The notes beneath the pieces were generated by a model. It saw only the letters and a program-made list of their open reading frames with translations. It ran no database searches and had not been told where the DNA came from. The translations under genes were made by a program, and so were the position numbers. Positions 61,001-64,000 of a stretch of DNA of 64,000 nucleotides are shown piece by piece (within the stretch, counting starts at the first letter, position 1; each line of letters begins with the position of its first letter). The stretch is from Isurus oxyrinchus (Eukaryota): the NCBI GenBank assembly GCA_026770705.1, contig JANJGN010000036.1, forward strand, positions 1,798,001-1,862,000, given 5' to 3'.

Positions 61001-62168
61001 GTCCCTGACAATCATGTTGTGCATGAACCGCTGACTATCACAGCGGCCTCCCACACATACCAAACCATTAGTGTGCATTCTCCACCCCTCTCAAGCAATG
61101 TGGTGCAACATGTCCCTGCAACATTCCATGCTCCATCCGCTGCACCAGAGCCCCTAACCATGCAAGGAGCCACGCCCAAACCGTCTGGGGAACTTCTGGA
61201 CCTCCATCAGCTCCCAATTCAAAATGCCCGCATGTCCCAAGTTAATGTCTTTGCCTCTCTTCAGGAGCACACCGTGCTAGTATTCTTCATTATTTCTCTT
61301 CCCAGGGTCAGACCTGAAGAATGGGATGTTTCACGGTCATTCTCCGAGAGCGTGCGTAAGGCGTCCTGTTCGCTGGGCGTTGTAGGGTAGGTGGATTAAA
61401 TGATCGATTAAGGCTACAGCAAGCCAATCAGCGTAATTTGAACAAAGAAGGATTTTGCCCAAATAAATTAAGATTTCCCGTTGTTCAAAGGGGGATTATA
61501 TTTTCAGCTGGTGTATTAGATTGAAGGATTGCATCAGTTCGAGTAGCTATTTGAGTATGAAGAAGAGTGTAATTTTGTGAGATTTCATTATCTTGAGGAG
61601 TTGTATCAGTTTGATAGCTAATTCAGATTAACCCTGTGGTTCAAAAACACGAATTGCACAATCCAACATTTGGGATTGACTTACTGAGTGGCTGCAGTGA
61701 AATAGGGCAGCCATTTCCCAGAGTACTTGACAATCAGACTTGACAGGGCAAACGTATGTTAGAAATTAAATTGTTGAATAATGATACAGAGTGAAGGGCA
61801 TCACTGAGACAGAATGAAATGTATCGTTTGGTCTGATGCTGTTGGACTGAATGCACCATGTCCTTGTGTCCATGGTATCTATTTTCTTTAGTTACTTAGG
61901 GATATCGGAATTGACAAGTTTTGGATTTTTTCCAAAGCAGACACTGTACAAAATATATTCTGTCAAAACAAGGACATGATTTGATGACGTATTAAGTTAG
62001 TAGAAATACAAAAAATACACAAACTATTTGAACAATGATGGTAAGTGAGTGTCCCAGTGGAGATACCGAAGGATCCAAATTAAAGACTTTGGGAATGTGT
62101 TGCTCTAGTGGTTAATTCAGAGACATTGCCGGCAGCGTGAAGGGACAGATCACTTCACACAACAGCAC

Positions 62169-62232
62169 ATGAACATATTTTACAATTTCAGGAAAACATA
62201 TAACATGATTCTCACCGTCATTGGTGTTTCTG
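62169..62232 (+). CDS. GPR139-like GPCR first coding exon (exon 2 probably beyond window)
   Basis: MNIFYNFRKTYNMILTVIGVS followed by phase-1 donor G|GTAAGT; resembles shark GPR139-like exon 1. Confidence 0.55.
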
Positions 62233-64000
62233 GTAAGTTACTGCAACCATTGCCGTTGTATGGTGTTTATGGATTTACTCTGTGACTGAAAAAGTTCCAC
62301 GCTCTTTTAGATTTGATGCTTATCCACACATGAGTCCACTGATATAATTTCAATAATTCAAAACTCCTTAATTATCCCCATGACTTGATTCCATTGCCTC
62401 ACTTGAAAATGAACCTTTGTTTGTAGCTCCCAGGATCTCTGAATAGTCCAGTTACTTGCTTCTTTTGAGAATTGCATAATGTTGTATCAACTTTCAGTGC
62501 AGCCCTGAGGGAAACTCGGCGTGGGAGTCTCAGTCAGTGTGTTTTCACACTGCGTGAGGCCCACTAAATAGAGTGAAGCAAACGACCCCAGTGACCAAGG
62601 GTTAATGGGAGTGTCTGTTACTGTAGAGCTGCACGAAGAAACATGGAATCATTGAAAGTCTACAGCACAGAAAGAGGCCACTCGGCCTATCTTGCCTGCG
62701 TAGGCCTCAAAACCTGGCACCCTGGGAGCCACCTTAGCCTGGGGATTAACTGGATGATTAGACCTGAATGCGGCATGTGTCACTAGAGGTATCTGTCAGT
62801 GTGGAGTTATGCAGAACCTGCGTGGAACATCTGGGCCCAGTGTATCATGTATCATTGGAAGTCTTTATCTGTGAAGAACTTTTTGAAATGTGGGTCTCTA
62901 ACTGGAGTGGGACACCTGATGCTGATGCCTGTCCATTATTGAGAGTAGAAATTCAGAATGTGCTGGAAATTCTCAACAGGTCAGGAAGCATTTGTAGAGA
63001 GAGAAACAGTTTTAATGACTAGAGTCAAATATTCAATTCAAAATCTCAAATCCGCTTCGCTCTCCGCAATTGCTTCCAGACCTGTTGAGTATTCTTTGCA
63101 CTGTATATTTTGTTTCAGATTTCCAGAATCCATAGTGATTTGTTTCCATTGTTGGGAGCATTCTTCCTTGTAGAGCTTAGCTCAGTTCTGTTCCCTAACG
63201 GGAGCCAAACCCCTGACTCCAGTGATCATTTATTACCGGGCGTGTTTGTGACTGTAGATTGAGAGGTAGGGCGTGTCAGGAAACTGAGCAGAAATCCTGA
63301 TCCGAAAGAGCATGTATTAGTGGGAGTACTGATCTTTGTGAAATTGTACTGAGGTAGGGTTGCTAACAGCACTGGAGGAAACTGACCCCTGTGATGATGT
63401 GGCACTGGGAATAATTGTCATTCTAGCATTGAACTAAGTGTGGGTCTCAACAGACGTGAAGCAAGTTAGTTACATGCTAAATCATTGTTTCAGGAAACTG
63501 AACGCCCTGGATATACTTTTGTATTTTGTTATTGATTAGAAAGGCGAATGTTTTCACTGTTGGTTGATATTTGGTAATAAGTTCATCAATTGTAATTTTG
63601 ATGCTGTTCTGTCCCCTAATCAAATGTGCTTTTACCTTTTGACTAACGGGTAAGCAGAAGAAGAACAATGCTACTTTATTTAGTCCCTCGTTAAAATTAT
63701 GTATAGTTCGTATAAGCAAAGTAATTCTAAAGACTGTTGTTGCTTTGGTGCTTATACATCAGGCCACTATCCCTGGCCCAGTGCAGAAAAGTGAGATAAT
63801 TTATGTTCAAGGGTGCTTAAGTATAGTTTCTTTCTACCACAGGGTTTAAACTGGGAACTGGTTCTTAATTATTTTAGGTTTGTGACTGATTAGGTTGTTC
63901 AAAACCAATTCGTGTATCTGTTTAAGAGTCTCCACACATGTAAACTGCTCATCATCCACTTATAGCTCAGTGAGGTGTGTCCCTCGGAGGAGACAATCCT

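Overview
Repeat-rich vertebrate genomic DNA. The HE1-like and DeuSINE-like SINEs, CR1/HER1-like LINEs, Penelope-like elements and GPR139-like exons point to a cartilaginous fish (shark). The window holds a cluster of non-rearranging, antigen-receptor-like IgSF genes: leader, one exon encoding V and J together, one C1 exon, a transmembrane (TM) exon and short cytoplasmic exons, with no RSS found. I reconstructed exons by hand from GT-AG sites and phase. Subfamily 1 comprises gene E (+, 50308-54783, apparently intact, 302 aa, tail ending TLYARLAF), gene B (+, one frameshift, leader not found) and pseudogenes A (+), C (-) and F (+). Subfamily 2 is divergent and comprises gene D (-, 47801-43030, disabled, head-to-head with E, long tail with YxxL), a 3' remnant D' (5.6-7.4 kb) and an orphan terminal exon (38.6-38.8 kb). 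The block D'-(E remnant)-A is an old segmental duplicate of D-E-F. The architecture most resembles the germline-joined VJ-C1 genes (PRARP/VJC1-like) rather than Ig or TCR, but orthology is not verified. Also present: two orphan GPR139-like first exons, a tRNA-headed element with triplicated B-box units, Penelope ends with hammerhead-like motifs, an LTR-like insert, an interstitial telomere-like tract and three N gaps. Repeat boundaries are approximate.
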